Shown here: in pieces, positions 51,001 through 64,000 of the stretch
Position numbering within the stretch: position 1 is the first letter of the stretch
Layout: each line of letters starts with the position of its first letter
NCBI GenBank assembly: GCA_973851085.1
Contig: OZ316775.1
Span: forward strand, 19,344,001 to 19,408,000
Source: Ptychomitrium polyphyllum
Lineage: Eukaryota
Direction: 5' to 3'
Length of the DNA stretch: 64,000 nt
Notes under the pieces: generated by a model
Databases searched by the model: none
Told to the model about the DNA's origin: nothing
Seen by the model: the letters and a program-made list of their open reading frames with translations, nothing else
Made by a program: the position numbers and the translations under genes

Positions 51001-52439
51001 AATGCAGCAGCCTTTGTGAGCAATAATGTGTAATTTCATGACTTCTTAAGAGCCCAGTCTTCAATTTGAAGACCCTCGTAACTTTGCTACGAAGTTTTGG
51101 AAGAATTTCAGATAGTATGGTATAGAATAACCACAGCAAATGTTCTCATCTCACCTAGTTGTTCTTTCGCGAGGGATTCCTGTCGTTTTACCAAGACAAA
51201 AGAGACCTGGAGCTTTGACATCTCATAGGCATTTTGGAGAATGCTCATTTTGTGAGCTTTCGTACACTGCATGACAACAGGAACACGTCAGTCATTAAGC
51301 AATACGTATAGCAGCCGCTGAACGTCAACTTGGTTCCCAGGAAGAAAATTTATGGGTGTGTCGTTAACAACGTACGCCTGAACAAATCATCAACAGCTCA
51401 AACCTTCTCACCTTCTAAGTCTCCCGTCTTTGCTTCACTAGAAATCACTACAGGGACACTGAAACCTCGCTACTTTAAGCTAAGAACTGTGAATTTAACC
51501 TGTATGATTAATTGCTCTTGAGAGCGAGGAGTGATGATAAAACTGCTGGTCAGCGCATCAGGACTCTAATGCAACCCAAACAATGACTATATGTTAATCT
51601 TAAAAGTTCCCTGCTCACAGACTATCTAAGCAGTACTCAGGAACACACATAGAAACATTCCCGTAACTGCACTAGAAAACACTGTGCAAGGAAGTAGAGC
51701 ATACACAAGAGAACAACTCTTACATCGTAAAGTTCTTTCTCAAGCTGCTCTTTCCGAATCTCCCACAACTTCTGCTCCTCCAAGCTTAATACACTTTCAT
51801 CCAAGGCTGGTACGTTTCTCGTAGATCCCTCCACGCCTTTCTGCGAAACAAGAAGCTCAGCTATAACTCAAGCTGCATAAACGAATTACGGTCCCAACAA
51901 ACATGGAAACTGATGTAAAGAAAAAGACATTGTGTATCGTTCGTCAAACTCCTCCATGTTCAAATAACAATGGACGTAGGAGGGACCTGCGAAGTGGATG
52001 GCAGGTATGACTCAGTACGTGGCAGACTACGAGAACGGTCACTTTCCTTAACATAATCATGTATACGTTTCTGTCAATAAGCTCTTGCAAACGCAGGCCA
52101 ATCGGTAAAACAGCAACTGAAAGCTCACTTGAGAACGAAAGAATGCTACGAGTAACCACTATCCACTTCAAAGGGCTATAAGGAGCGCAGAGACAAGATC
52201 AGGTCTGAAATGTAACACCATAGGGGTAACACAACCCTAAATCAAGCACTTCCCAGCTTCAATAGTCCCGAGTTTCCAATCATAGTTGCACAACAGAAAC
52301 AAACTATTGTAAGAGCAACTGAACGTACCTGTGAGCCACACAGAGCGCTCAAACTCGTGGTGAGTTCCTGCACCACCGGGGAACTTTCTCCACTGCTCAT
52401 CCCCATCAAGTTCAAATCGACAAACAGGCGTGCATCCAT
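48041..52439 (-). CDS. Uncharacterised long coiled-coil protein, multi-exon; 3' end uncertain
   Basis: Spliceable exons MDARLFVDLNL.., KGVEGSTRN..LEKELYD, a heptad-rich 50210-50990 exon, AMEAAQEC..CKEAE, then low-complexity exons ending in a basic TSKKKGRKK tail. Confidence 0.7.
48743..48824. repeat. 33-bp direct duplication in an intron
   Basis: taatgaaaagtaacacccgaagagtttggaact at 48743-48775 and 48792-48824. Confidence 0.9.
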
Positions 52440-52982
52440 CACCAAACCTTCACGAAACTCTCGCTATCCGCGCCAGGTAGCACCCACAACACACATCACC
52501 TCGAAAGCGGCACATCGACATCAAACAACAGCGAAGACACTCAATGCAATCAAAACCCAATGCCGGTCATCACTCTCAACCAACTCCCGTGTAACTCTCT
52601 GGATTCCCAAGAAATGGTCCAAAGTCCACAGAAGTCTCATCAACGCCAAACAGTCGCATCAATTCTTCAGACACTGACGCTTCCTACATATGACATGATG
52701 CGAGAGCTAGACTGTGCATGAGTAGAGTCGAAAGGTGAAATAGGTGCTGCCATAGAGCCGTTGTTGTGGCAAATTTGAAAAACTTATTTTCGGTGGATCG
52801 GAGGATTTCTATTCGAGGTGTGCGAGAATCGAGACCAAGATGAGTTTCACCCCCTATGTCCGTGGGAGCATCTGGTTTCCAGTTGGAAAGGTCGTCTTCT
52901 TCCTCTTTGCCTTCCTTTTGCAGCCCATGTTTCTGCTTGACAACCATGTGATTGCAGCTCTGGAGCTGATGCGTTGTTTGCC

Positions 52983-55898
52983 ATGGCTGGGTCATCATCC
53001 GCAAGGGTTTCCTGTATATGGGTATGTGTGGTTTTTGTGAGCCTCACCGGTTTTCGTGCGCAGGAGCTTGTTGGAGAGGAGACTGTGGGAGGGGAGGCAG
53101 TGCCCGCGAGCAGTTTCTACGGCCGAGTTGTGGAGCTCGCAGACGACAGCTTCGATGCTGCAATTGCCAAGCATGATCACATCCTGGTGGACTTCTATGC
53201 GCCCTGGTGTGGTCACTGCAAGCGTCTCGCGCCTCAGGTGGGCTAACTTTTCACTTGCGCCTTCCTCGTGAGCTTTGTACTCTTATGGGGTTACTGTAGG
53301 ACGATAGAATCGACTGTTCGCTCTTCTTTTTAAGAAAATTGCGTCTCCTGGACTCGGTTTTCAGCTGTACAAACAGATTCAGTCTTCTGAAGATGGGTAG
53401 GATGGGGTGTTCTCTTTGAATTTTTGATTGGGGGTGGCACTAGCTCATTTGGGATTTGTGTTGTGATTTGATTCTCGTTAGGTTTAGGAGGATTGTAAGG
53501 ACAGTTTTGGTACTGATGAGAATTGGGCGATTGTAGATTCATGTCACTTCACTCATGAAAGTTGCACCTGGTTACTGGTATATGAACTATTGTTACTGCA
53601 GGAGAATTGGTTTGTGATTGATTTTGCGTCATGAAATCTTTTGCAGCTGGACATCGCTGCTCCTGTGCTTGCCCAGGATTCAAGGCCAATTGTATTGGCT
53701 AAAATTGATGCTGAAAAAAACTCAAGAGTTGCCTCGAAGTATAAGATAAGGTATTGTTGTATATACTTATTTGCAAACCCTCGAGTTTTTATAGTGCATG
53801 TGGTCCATGAACAGTACATTCTATGTCCTCTAGACTTGCTTCTCAAGGGTTTGTATGTAAATTGAGCCCAATTAAATGTTTCTGTGAAGTTGAACTTGTG
53901 AATACAACTCGTTCTTGTATGATGGATCAGCTTTCATAACCACTTCATGAAAGCTGAAGTTTGAGATGAGCAGTTCAAGTCATTTCTGCATGTGAGGGGG
54001 ACGATTGTCATAAACTAGCTTATGAAAGCTCCTGGTGATTTAGGTTGTCCTCGATCTTGTGTTTATGGGAGCTTACTGCCCTTTGCCACAAGCATCATAG
54101 ATAGTAATTGGCAATATCTGGCCTTTGACAAATGGAAAAGTTGGCCCTGGACTGAAGAGTGGTTGTTTTGGTAAAGGATTGCTTTATGGATTTCATTTTT
54201 CTCCTGGATAAGAGGTTTTCTTATGTAAATAGGGGAGCAACAGTTAAGGTCTCCCTAAGTATTAGCAACAAGAAAATTGCACGGGAGACCAGTTTCAGGT
54301 GACATTGTTTTGACTGACTTTTGTGTTTGCCAGTGCCTTTCCGACCCTGAAGTTTTTCATCAATGGGTTCCCTACAGATTACGCGGGTCCTCGAAAAGCT
54401 GATGGTATTGTATCGTACTTGAGGCGATTGTCGGCTCCTTCAATTGAGCAGTTGAGCTCCGAAGCAGACTTACGAAAACTCGTAAAATCTATTGGTTCTG
54501 AGATTCCCCTTTTCGTTGGCTTTGGACTCAAAGCCATTCACTTAGAAGAACTTGCCAAAAAGTACCGGACCAAGGCATGGTTTGCTGTGATGGAAATGTT
54601 TTCCGACAATGTCATGGCGGACTTTGATTTTGACAAGGGCCCTGCCCTTGTGGTGATGCGTGGGGAATATGGAGAGAGAGCGACCTTTTATGGTCCTTTT
54701 GAAGGTTAGAGTTGCTAACCCTCACTAGTTGCTGACTTGCTAAGACGCTGTGTGAAATCGGTGGAATTGGCTTTGTGTAGTGGGAGATGCTAAAAGCTGA
54801 TAACAAATTGGGTGCTTATGGCAGCGGAGGATGTAGCGGAGTTTGTTGCACAGAATCTGCTTCCACTTGTTACTCCTATGACTGGAGAGACTCTTACGCC
54901 GGTGAAGGAGGACGGGCGTCCAATTGTGGTAGGTGTTCTGGATTCTGATAGTACACCCGAAGCCAAGCACTTCATCAAGAAACTGAAAATGGCAGCTCCT
55001 GCATACCGCAAGTATGTATTTACTTATGTGGTTGGCCCTGTATGGCCAGAGTTTTTGCTTCCTTTCTCCATCACGAAAGAGACCAAGCTCCCCACCGTGT
55101 TTGTCTGGGATGACGACACCTTTGTGATGGTGAGTTTGCAACTTACAAGTTTGGTTCTCACAAAATAACTCGTTAAGCCGCCTGCTTTCTCTTTCTCCTT
55201 GTTTTCCCTTTTTCATGCTTTTGTGTGGAACGCCAGTGTGAGTGTTTTAGGTGTTTAGACCAGCCAGCTCTGTGTATGGCTGACATGCAAGGGTTTGCTT
55301 GCGGTCAGTACTCATAGAAGCTCGTGCACTGTTACACCCTACATATCATTCTGCTTTATTTTATAAAACTTGGGAAACATTATTTGCTTTGTTAAGCAAA
55401 ATTACCTGATGTCATGTATTTCAAATGGAATTACCCTTGTTTATTGAAATATCTCGGAAGCCTATTTGATTGCTGAGCGACCTCAGAGTTATTGAAGGTG
55501 ATCATCTCTGATATCGGTTGGTGAAGAATAGTATATTTTTGTAAGAAACTAATGCCAAGCAATGTGTGAACATGGAACAGAGCAACAACACAGATTCGTT
55601 TGTTGGCAACTTGGTGGAGTCAGAGCTGTCCAAACTGTTACATGGATTCAAGGACAACACCCTTGAGCGACAGAAATTGCGATCTCCATCGTTCTATGAA
55701 CGAGCTATTGACAATTTACCTCTGACAGTAGCATATTTGTTTTTGATTATAGCTATTTTGATCATGTTCTTGAGGGGTTTGGATTACAGTGCTTTCCGAG
55801 AGGATCGGGAAGAGTACAAGGGTCCCAGCACTGGTAGATGGGCTGAAGGTAGGGCTCCCAGATACTCTGCTCCTGGACGTGACGTTAAGATGGATTGA
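52983..55898 (+). CDS. PDIL5-2: Protein disulfide isomerase-like 5-2 (PDI8/TMX3 type), single CGHC domain with C-terminal TM (exons ~52983-53237, 53647-53750, 54334-54704, 54824-55129, 55582-55898)
   Basis: Signal peptide, [35 protein letters not shown], b/b' domains, [21 protein letters not shown], dilysine-like tail VKMD*. Confidence 0.9.
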
Positions 55899-57643
55899 AT
55901 CAGCCAAAGATCTTATATTTATCACTCGAGACAGTGGTATGCACACCAGGGGTAAATCTCTACGGACGTACCCCTGGTTGTTATGCTGGAATTTCGAGAG
56001 TGTAGTTTGCTCAGAACACTAAGAACTTTGTACAGAAGGGAAATCGCGTCAATAGAGGCTGCAGATGTGTTCAGCAGGCTCGAGAGATTATATAGAAAAG
56101 AGACCAGTGAGGAATTTTCTTAACACTTACTGTCGAGTACCGTATTATCATTCCGCGTAAACAAGTTCCTCTCTCTTCGTAACACAACTCCCATCGTTCT
56201 GAAGTAGTCTCCATGGTAGTGCCGAGCTCACAAACATGCACTACTAATAACTCATCTCTTCGTGGGTTAATTCAGTGGGCGTTCAAACGTCACTGAACTT
56301 GTATTTTGCTACAATACGAAATAAATTTCCGATCTTCTGTCAAGTCAACACTTAAAGACAAGGCTTAAATTTCCGATTATGTCAGAGCTGAAGCAGTTTA
56401 TGCTTCAATTAAAAAAGTCAGCAACCTGGCAATTTCGACATCAACTCTCAACAATCATTGTTACCGCGATATTATTAGCTTTTACTGTCAACTATAATCC
56501 CATTAACCACACTCAGCCCAGAGTCTGCACATTGTGAAAACTGAGGAAGTTCGATCTCCACATGAGCACTCAAGTTGCCGTGACTGCCTTATCATCGAAC
56601 GCCAGCCATATCCGAGCTCACAGAATTTGAGGAGATTTAAATAGGTCTTACAGCAAGGCTACTGTGAGCTTCACAAGTTTGAAGGAAAAAAAATAGGCAC
56701 AAGACGCCGATGCCGCACTGGTACGGCACGATGCCCGTCTCATTCAATTCATCTGTTTGTCTGTCAGCGGGTCGTTGATCTTAGAGTTGGCTCATCTGGG
56801 ACGCTGCACACTCAACATGAGCGCTAGCATCGAGGCGTGCGCTATCGTTTGGGTTACACGAGCACCTGGCTTGATTTGGGGCACTTCATTTTTTTCACTT
56901 GCGTGCTCTCAGCATTGGAAGCCTTCTTGGGTGCGTAGTTCATCTCCAGGTTATGAATCTTCTGGTTTGCAAGAGCATTTATCTGTTTGTCTGCTAGTTG
57001 GGGTCTGTATCTCCAGGGCACAATATTGTGTGTGTTGTTTTATGTTCTCGACTGTGCAAGGACGGGAGATTTGAGTATAATGTGGGGGTAGTTTGCGAAT
57101 GAAAGGGTTCATCTTGGAGGTGACGTATGAAGATTATGGTTGAAGACATTTGGGTTTCTCTGGTTCTTGTATGGTTCTTGGATATGGGATCCTGGGGATT
57201 GTGTTGGGAGATGTTGTAATGTAGTATAGTTATGGAGAAGACGATGTGGTTTTTTGTAGTTTTAAAGTTTTAAGAGCTTCGAGATTATTTGTTCTTTTCG
57301 TAGGAGGATAGGTCGTAGGCATGTGAGTTCTGGAAGTCTGAGGTTTGGTGGGGGGTCGGAGTGGCGAGCGGTCTTTGAGGTTGATGATCCTGAAGAGACT
57401 GAAAAGAGCGCGGAGAGATATTGACTGCGTCGTGTTGATGAGTTGGTGATTTCAGGATGTTTTTCATCTTTTGCTGAGGCATGCAGGATAATTGGAAGAT
57501 GGAACGGTGATTGCTGTCTTCGGCTGTCGCCCACGACAACGATATAGTGCAGGTCATCCTGCAGTGAAGCGGGACATGGCTTGGTTGCATTCCTGGTAGC
57601 AAGACCCTAGAACCTAACCTGATCTCCTTGTACTTCACACAAC

Positions 57644-58189
57644 ATGGCGAAGGGAAAAGGATTTGCAGGCATGCGGTCGATGTCAATGGACGGAAGTTAC
57701 AGAAAGACTAATCCTGCTATCGATCTCTACAGCATTAGCGAACTTCACGCTACAGAAGTGCCGTCTGCGGATTTTGGATACGAACGAATCGGGAAGCCAT
57801 TCATAGCTCGAAGGTCAAGCTTTTCTTGGAGCAGGAGGTCCTCTAAAAAGCACTTCGACACAGACGAAATCAGGGAACTTGCAACCGAGCCTCAATTACC
57901 AGTAAATCCATCGAAAGCAGCAGCCGATTTTCAGCATACTCAAAGGCAGAAGAAGAAGAAGTTCGGCATCAAGAATTTCTTAACAGGCATCCTAGACTCA
58001 TACAAGAAGATAATGCAGTCTGCTGAGGACTCCAACATGCATCTCAGCGATCTGTATCCCAACAATTCTATAGTGGCGCCTGTCACTCCTGCGGCAGGCA
58101 AGAGGAGCATCAAGTACATATCCCCTTCTTCTGGCGTTGGCCGTCGTTCCCTCGGCCGTGTTGCAGAAGAGTCTTCTCGCGAACGATAG
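57644..58189 (+). CDS. Small uncharacterised basic, Ser-rich protein (181 aa, single coding exon)
   Basis: ATG in good context (aacATGG), open 181 codons, amphipathic FGIKNFLTGILDSYKKIM helix; upstream region looks like a UTR with an intron. Confidence 0.65.
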   Translation: MAKGKGFAGMRSMSMDGSYRKTNPAIDLYSISELHATEVPSADFGYERIGKPFIARRSSFSWSRRSSKKHFDTDEIRELATEPQLPVNPSKAAADFQHTQRQKKKKFGIKNFLTGILDSYKKIMQSAEDSNMHLSDLYPNNSIVAPVTPAAGKRSIKYISPSSGVGRRSLGRVAEESSRER

Positions 58190-59621
58190 CGTTTCAAGTG
58201 AAGGAATCAAGCCGCAACAAAATCTGCATTGCAAGATTCATGCAGAGATTAATATCTTCCGGTGAGAGTACGTTTCCAATGTCTTTATTAGGGTTGAGAT
58301 AATCTCTATTCAATCCAATTCAGTAGATCATTTGTAATTGTAGGCCTGTTAGGCCTAGACTTTGGAGTGATCCCGTGGATTGACAGGACTTGGTTACTCT
58401 GACTGCTCCCGACTGCAAGTGATGTCGAGGAGTCAGAGAAGCTTAGTCATAAGTCGAAATGATGCTGGAGAAGTAGGATTGAGGGTTGAGGACCTTAGAC
58501 TCAAAGCCCATATCTTTTTGAGTTTAATAGAGCAGGGTGTGTCTTCGACACGTCGCTGGAGAATTTAGTTCACTGAGTTGACTTGTCAGAAAAACGATCT
58601 TGTATGCATTGCCAGTGTACTGCTGCACGTGTCGATGTTGATACTGAATGGTGTCATTTCTTTTTTTAAAGTTAAAATTATTTTCAGTGTGAATTTAGTG
58701 TGAATTTGCATTTAGGAGCATTGTTTGTTATTTCATCCATGAGCCGTTCTGTCGTGCTTGCCAGTATGTGCATGGTGCTCTTTAAGATACTTTTGTTGGA
58801 CAGACTCATCAATTAACAATGAAACAATTTCACATGAAGTTTCAATTGTCCAGGAAATCTCATGTTTCAAATGTACATACTTTTTTCATTCAAATGGCTT
58901 TACCATCAGAACAAAATCTGCTGCAATTTAAAGTTGATCTGTGTGAATACGAAGTTGGTAACTTGGTACGAGGCATTCACTGGTCATCACCTTTCATTTC
59001 ACTCGCCAACCCAAATGCATGCTACAGCCACCTGTGCCTTTAGAAATTCAAACGCGTGCCATACCCATGTATGCAGCTAAACTCAGAGATGTCGCAATCA
59101 GGCAACCTTCATGTCACATTTTGTAGGTAGACTTGATTGCAACATCAAAGGCTCAGAGTTCTGCTTCACACAAGCTTCACAGGATTGGCTTCGCACTATT
59201 AACAGTTGCTGAGGCTTTCTGGCGCTGTGAGGTTACTTCTTATGTTACTCTCGTGGCCGATTCACATCTGGATGTAAGTTTGTCCGTCGTTTGGTAGGCA
59301 TGTAGGGAATGAAAATTCTGGAGCCTGAAAGATTCAAGGCTGATGATTGATCAATGTATCATATGGCATAGCACAGAATTGGTCCTTATGATGGACTTTG
59401 GGTTCGGCAGGGGTACTCTGTAATCGCCGACGTTGGCTTTGATTGGTAGCAGATAAAAACATCCGGCGAAAACCCCTTCCGGCAGGGATTATCATCATCG
59501 TTCTCCTGGTCAGCTAAGGGCTTTTCATGTTTTTCCATTGTATAGTCTTCTAGGTGGATCCCTTGAGCTATACGTTGTGTGGGTGTGAAAACAGAACTCT
59601 AGATCTCATATTTATGATCAG

Positions 59622-60233
59622 AGGTTATTGAGCGCCAGAGTACGTGCTGTGGGGTGCTGCTGCTGGAGATTGTGAATAGGACAACAAACAGGGATCCCAG
59701 CAGACCTGAAGATGATTTTAATCTGCCGGCACTGGTGGGTGACTCTTGCACTGTTAGTGTTAAGTTGAATTCCACAATAATTGTGGAGTAAATTGCATAA
59801 TTTGTACTTAGTAGACTTGGTCAGTCGTCGTTTGTTTACTGTTTCACATGGTTGCTTCTTATATGCCAGGCTTGTAGACTGCATAAGGAGGATGGAAGTG
59901 ACGGACGCAGAGCTTGGGGCGAGCTTGGATGAAGCAAAGCAGGTGCGAAGAGTGCTGGAGACTGCCCTCATGTATGTACGATGTGCTTCAGAGCACCGTC
60001 CTACCATGTTTCAGGTTGTGACACTTTTGACTGGTGAGAAAGACCGTGTTATTCTGACTGACCCTATTGATACAGCCCCCGTAATTTCTCCGCTAGAGTT
60101 TCACACAGATTCTAGCACTGAAGATCCTTTTCTTTTGCCGTCATCTGGACGGATCGAACTTGTTAGGAGCAGAAGATTTAGCATCGAGTTGAGCAGTGCA
60201 TACGAGACACATAACTTGGTTGACACAACCTAA
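59622..60233 (+). pseudogene. Receptor-like kinase C-terminal fragment
   Basis: GY*APEYVL directly followed, out of frame, by GVLLLEIV; next exon VRRVLETALMYVRCASEHRPTMFQVVTLLTG (subdomain XI); no N-terminal kinase exons recognised. Confidence 0.8.
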
Positions 60234-60966
60234 TCTGGTGAACATGTGATTGGTTTAGTGTACAATCCTATGGTAATATTATAGCTTTCTTACACATCGT
60301 AACATTTAGTGCCTCTTGAGCCACACTGAAACCATAAAGCTAGAAACTTGGATGGCATAGTAACCCTACTCCCGCACTCCCTTGCTGAGGGGATGCCATA
60401 CACAACCTCACAGCCATTCGCCATGTCCGACAGCCAGAGTCTGCTGTTATTATCACTTGAAAACCAAAAATCATGTATAAATGTAGTGAAACCCTATTCG
60501 GAGTTGTATATCAAAGAGTCTGTATTTTTACATTTCTCAAGTGATTTGAGTCAACTGGGCTGCCGCTCTCACTGAGAGATGTAAGTCGTCTAGAGTAGAA
60601 AGGAGATGCTTCTGAAGAAGCGTGCATGTGATTCTATGGTCTTGTGTTGCAACTGAAGCATAAAAATAGCCAGACTTGTTCGAAAGGCCCGGTACTATGC
60701 CAACCCCAAATTACTGTATCTATCTAACATACAGTAGATTTTATAAGGTAGCTCTGAAGAAAGCCTAACCCAAATTGGGCATTTAGGGATTTCAGGTTCG
60801 TGACTCTGGAAACAATTCGTTTCCAACAATCACTTCAGCTTTACCAAAATATAATTCGCAACCTGTATAATTATTGGAAAGACTCACTTACTGTTTAATT
60901 ATTGTGCAGCGAGAGTAGTTCGTAAGTTTGTTAGAGCGTGACTGCATTGCAAGCAGAGAGGTGATT

Positions 60967-63900
60967 ATGGCCTCCGAGGTAGCGATAGAAGACGAGTCCA
61001 GTGGTGATGGCATGAACCCTGAGATCCGAGCCAAGGAGGCAGCCATCCAGAAAGTGGCGAAGCTCCTGCCCCTCCCGGACTCCCTCGCTTCCCTCAAAAA
61101 GATACGAGATGACTACGCCTCTCGCGTCCAGGTAATCGATTGTGCACTTATTCGCGTCTCTCCATTTCCTAATTCTAATGGTTATTGCAATGCATTTTAT
61201 ATGCTTTTGAACACTTTCTCTTGCGATTGACGGGCTGGATTGTTGGGATTAGAGAAACGATGCCCTGCTCACTGCGAGTCTGATGAATCAGGTAGATTTG
61301 CTACACCTCTTGATCCGATAAATCCTAAGACCTCACTCATTGCAAGCTTTCTGTAGGCAGTTTGATTGGCGTGTCTTAATTCCGACTCTTGGATAGAGAT
61401 TTTTCATTCTATTCTTCTCTTGTTGCTTTAATTTAAATAGTTGAGCTACCGTAAATTGATTTTGTATGCTTGGGCATCGCGTGAATGCAGGTGGAGCATA
61501 CGAAAGCAGGAATAGAAGCTATTAGTCAAGCTAAGGCTACTGTTAAACAGTTTCGAGATAATTTTCTTCTCATTGACAAGTGAGTCGTGTGAAATTCAAT
61601 TTTGATGCATTTAAGGAACACATGAAATTGCTGATATACATTCTTTCAAAGAAGTGCATGATAGTGCTTAGGTTCAGCTTGCCAGCATGTATATTTACAG
61701 GCAGATGAGTCAGATTATAGAAGTTCTTAAGGTGGGAATTCTTCTTATTCATCATTTGGCTCTAATTTTCTACAGGTTGTGAGATGAGTGTAGAACACTA
61801 ATTGAGAATCATGATCAGATTAACCTTCTTAGCCATGCTCGCAACAACCTCAATAAAACCCTCACAGTATGTTGTGCTGCTATGCCTTGAATACCTGTGC
61901 TACTCTTCTTGTGTTGAATATAAACTTGGTGTCCTCCAATAAATGTTCATGTTATATGAAGAATATGTCACTCTCTGAAGGATGCTGCTAATGTCTTTCT
62001 ATCCGTTTATTTCTTCCCGTTTCCCCTTCATAGGATGTGGAAGGCATGATGTCTATCTCTACACTTGCTGCCAACGCAAGAGAATCACTAAAAGATGAGA
62101 AAGAATTGGTGCAGTCATTTGAAGTGCGCAACTCTCATTTTAAAGCAGCTCCAAGTCTCCACCTCTTTATTTACTATGTTTTATATTTGGCTTGCTTTAT
62201 CCGATTGGACTGAATCTTATGAGACGCTTCAAGATGAAATCTCGGCGTTCATATGCAAGTTCAGAGACCTTGGGTGTTGAATATTATCATGTGTGTATGA
62301 TTGTATTATTCTTTGGTTTGGATAGGCATTGACTGCCTTGGAGCAAAAGAGGCGGTTTGCTTTGGCTACTGTTTCGACGCGTGTGGAGGAAGCCAGCAGA
62401 TTGACGTCCGTGATTATCTTCTTCAACTTTCTTTTCGGTTCGTCTATTTTTCCTCTGACAAAGTCTGTATGTATTCTGGTTGTTGCTCACCTGTAAACTC
62501 GAATCATCTTTTAATCTTGTAACCGGCGACGACGCCATGTCAGTGCCTTCTTTGAGGATGTAAGAGAAACAAGGACAATCTTTGAACAAACCTTATGGGG
62601 CCACATTCGCAACTATTTTTCAGCTTGCAAAGACAAGGTCGCTATAATCACTTATAAGCAGAACGCAAGTAGGAAATGATGCATTACAAGTAACTATTTT
62701 ACCTGCTTAAAAATTCTGACATTAAAAGCCCAAATGTACTGAAGTTCTGAAGTATTTCAATGTACGCAGTTTCATAATAATAAGTCAATAACTACCAATG
62801 TCTTTGGGTTATAAACGTTGTGTATGTGCAGCCCACAGACTCTTGTTCGAGCTTTATGGTAAAAAGAAAAATAATAATGAAACTTCACGAGTTTACTTTT
62901 TCACATGCATACATAATAATGAAATTTTCCAAATATGATAGAAATAGAGGTGAATTTGCAAGAAACTTCATATTGTAATGGTGGATATAGATATTCTGGA
63001 TTATTAGTAGTCTTTTACACATGAAAGTTTGTGATAATTGCAAGTATATATAACGCAAATCAAGATCTTGAACACTATATTGTCTTTTTGCCTTGAGAGT
63101 ATATGGTTGCGTGGGTATCTGTGGATGTTGGAAGTGTTGTGGAAATGCAAGAGATTGCAGAGCAACAACAGTCAGAAGAGGAAGTTGCTGAAATGACCAT
63201 TACTGATAATGCCGACCCAAATGCCCCATCTCCAGCTGCTGCGAAAGGAGACTTACAGCTAGTTCCAAGGTAGACCAACATTTCTGTTGCAGTTGGGTTG
63301 CGGGAATTAACACTTGCTTGATGATGTTTCTCAATTGTAGACAATCATCTGCTCTTCCATTTCACAGCAGCAACCCGAAGTTCTATTTGTACTTTAAAAG
63401 TCTGTAGTACAGGTGACCTGTTTTCACGTGAACTTTTCGTTTCTCAATTGAATTAGTTTGGTTCAAATAGGGGATCGGAATCCAGGTTCAATATGCTTTC
63501 AGATTCTGTCTTCCATTGCAAAATTTGAGGCTCACTGTTGGTTATCATTTGATTTCTAAAAATAGGAAACCCCTCTAAAACATTCTAGACCGATATTCTG
63601 ATATCGAAGAACAGACTAACTAAATGACAGAATATAGCTCTGGTTATTCGTTTCTCTTCAATTGAGTGAAAGACGGCTTGTGATGGCTATACTAGGATGT
63701 CAGGAGAAGCACTGAGTGCTCGCAAAGCAAGCTTAGTAAGGAGAAGCATCTCATTACCAGCTGGATTTGATGGAGAAGGACGTCGAGCTGAGTTGATTGG
63801 CGTAGATTGTCCCATTACAAGTAGGGGATACAAGGACCGCTGCTACGTCGAAATCCAGAAATCGATTAAGAAGAGATTTACAAACCTTCTTGAAACTGTA

Positions 63901-64000
63901 TGTAATCCCAACAACTTTGTGTTACGTGCTACTTTGAACAATGTAATTGAAGTAAATTAATCGGTCTGTCCTGTGGCGAAGATAATCCCCACAGCATGGA
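60967..64000 (+). CDS. SEC6: Exocyst subunit SEC6 (EXOC3), 5' part running off the window; in-frame TGA at 61780-61782 (possible pseudogene)
   Basis: AKEAAIQKVAKLLPLPDSL, FRDNFLLIDK|L*DECRTLIENHDQINLLSHARNNLNKTL, DVEGMMSIS, ALTALEQKRRFAL, FEQTLWGHIRNYF, PQTLVRAL, VVEMQEI, RGYKDRCY. Confidence 0.9.

Noticed and set aside
53927..53958. Intronic 11-bp hairpin tcagctttcat/atgaaagctga
   Set aside because: Too short for a miRNA precursor; isolated.

Overview
Eukaryotic, intron-rich land-plant nuclear DNA, most consistent with a moss (inferred from the gene set, intron style and a moss-type kinase family). Bases 1-13.2 kb are very AT-rich and hold two diverged LTR-like repeats, a truncated GEX2/filamin-like gene, an intronless F-box gene and degenerate TE-like ORF relics. 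A gene-dense region follows. It carries chloroplast CcdA, then a ~4.8 kb apparently identical inverted duplication (18182-23005 / 24641-29464) with two tail-to-tail PsaO genes around a ~670 bp spacer that is doubled across an N-gap. Further on are GDSL and WD40-like relics, a receptor-like EGF/TM/RING-H2 E3 ligase, a kinase pseudogene with an internal micro-inversion, a disrupted mitochondrial carrier, an unknown coiled-coil gene head-to-head with a PDIL5-2/TMX3-type disulfide isomerase, a small unknown ORF, an RLK fragment and a SEC6 gene with an in-frame stop. The most notable items are the PsaO palindrome with a multi-hairpin element at its centre, and the EGF-ectodomain RING E3. All exon boundaries were read by eye from GT/AG signals and homology recalled from memory; no searches were run.
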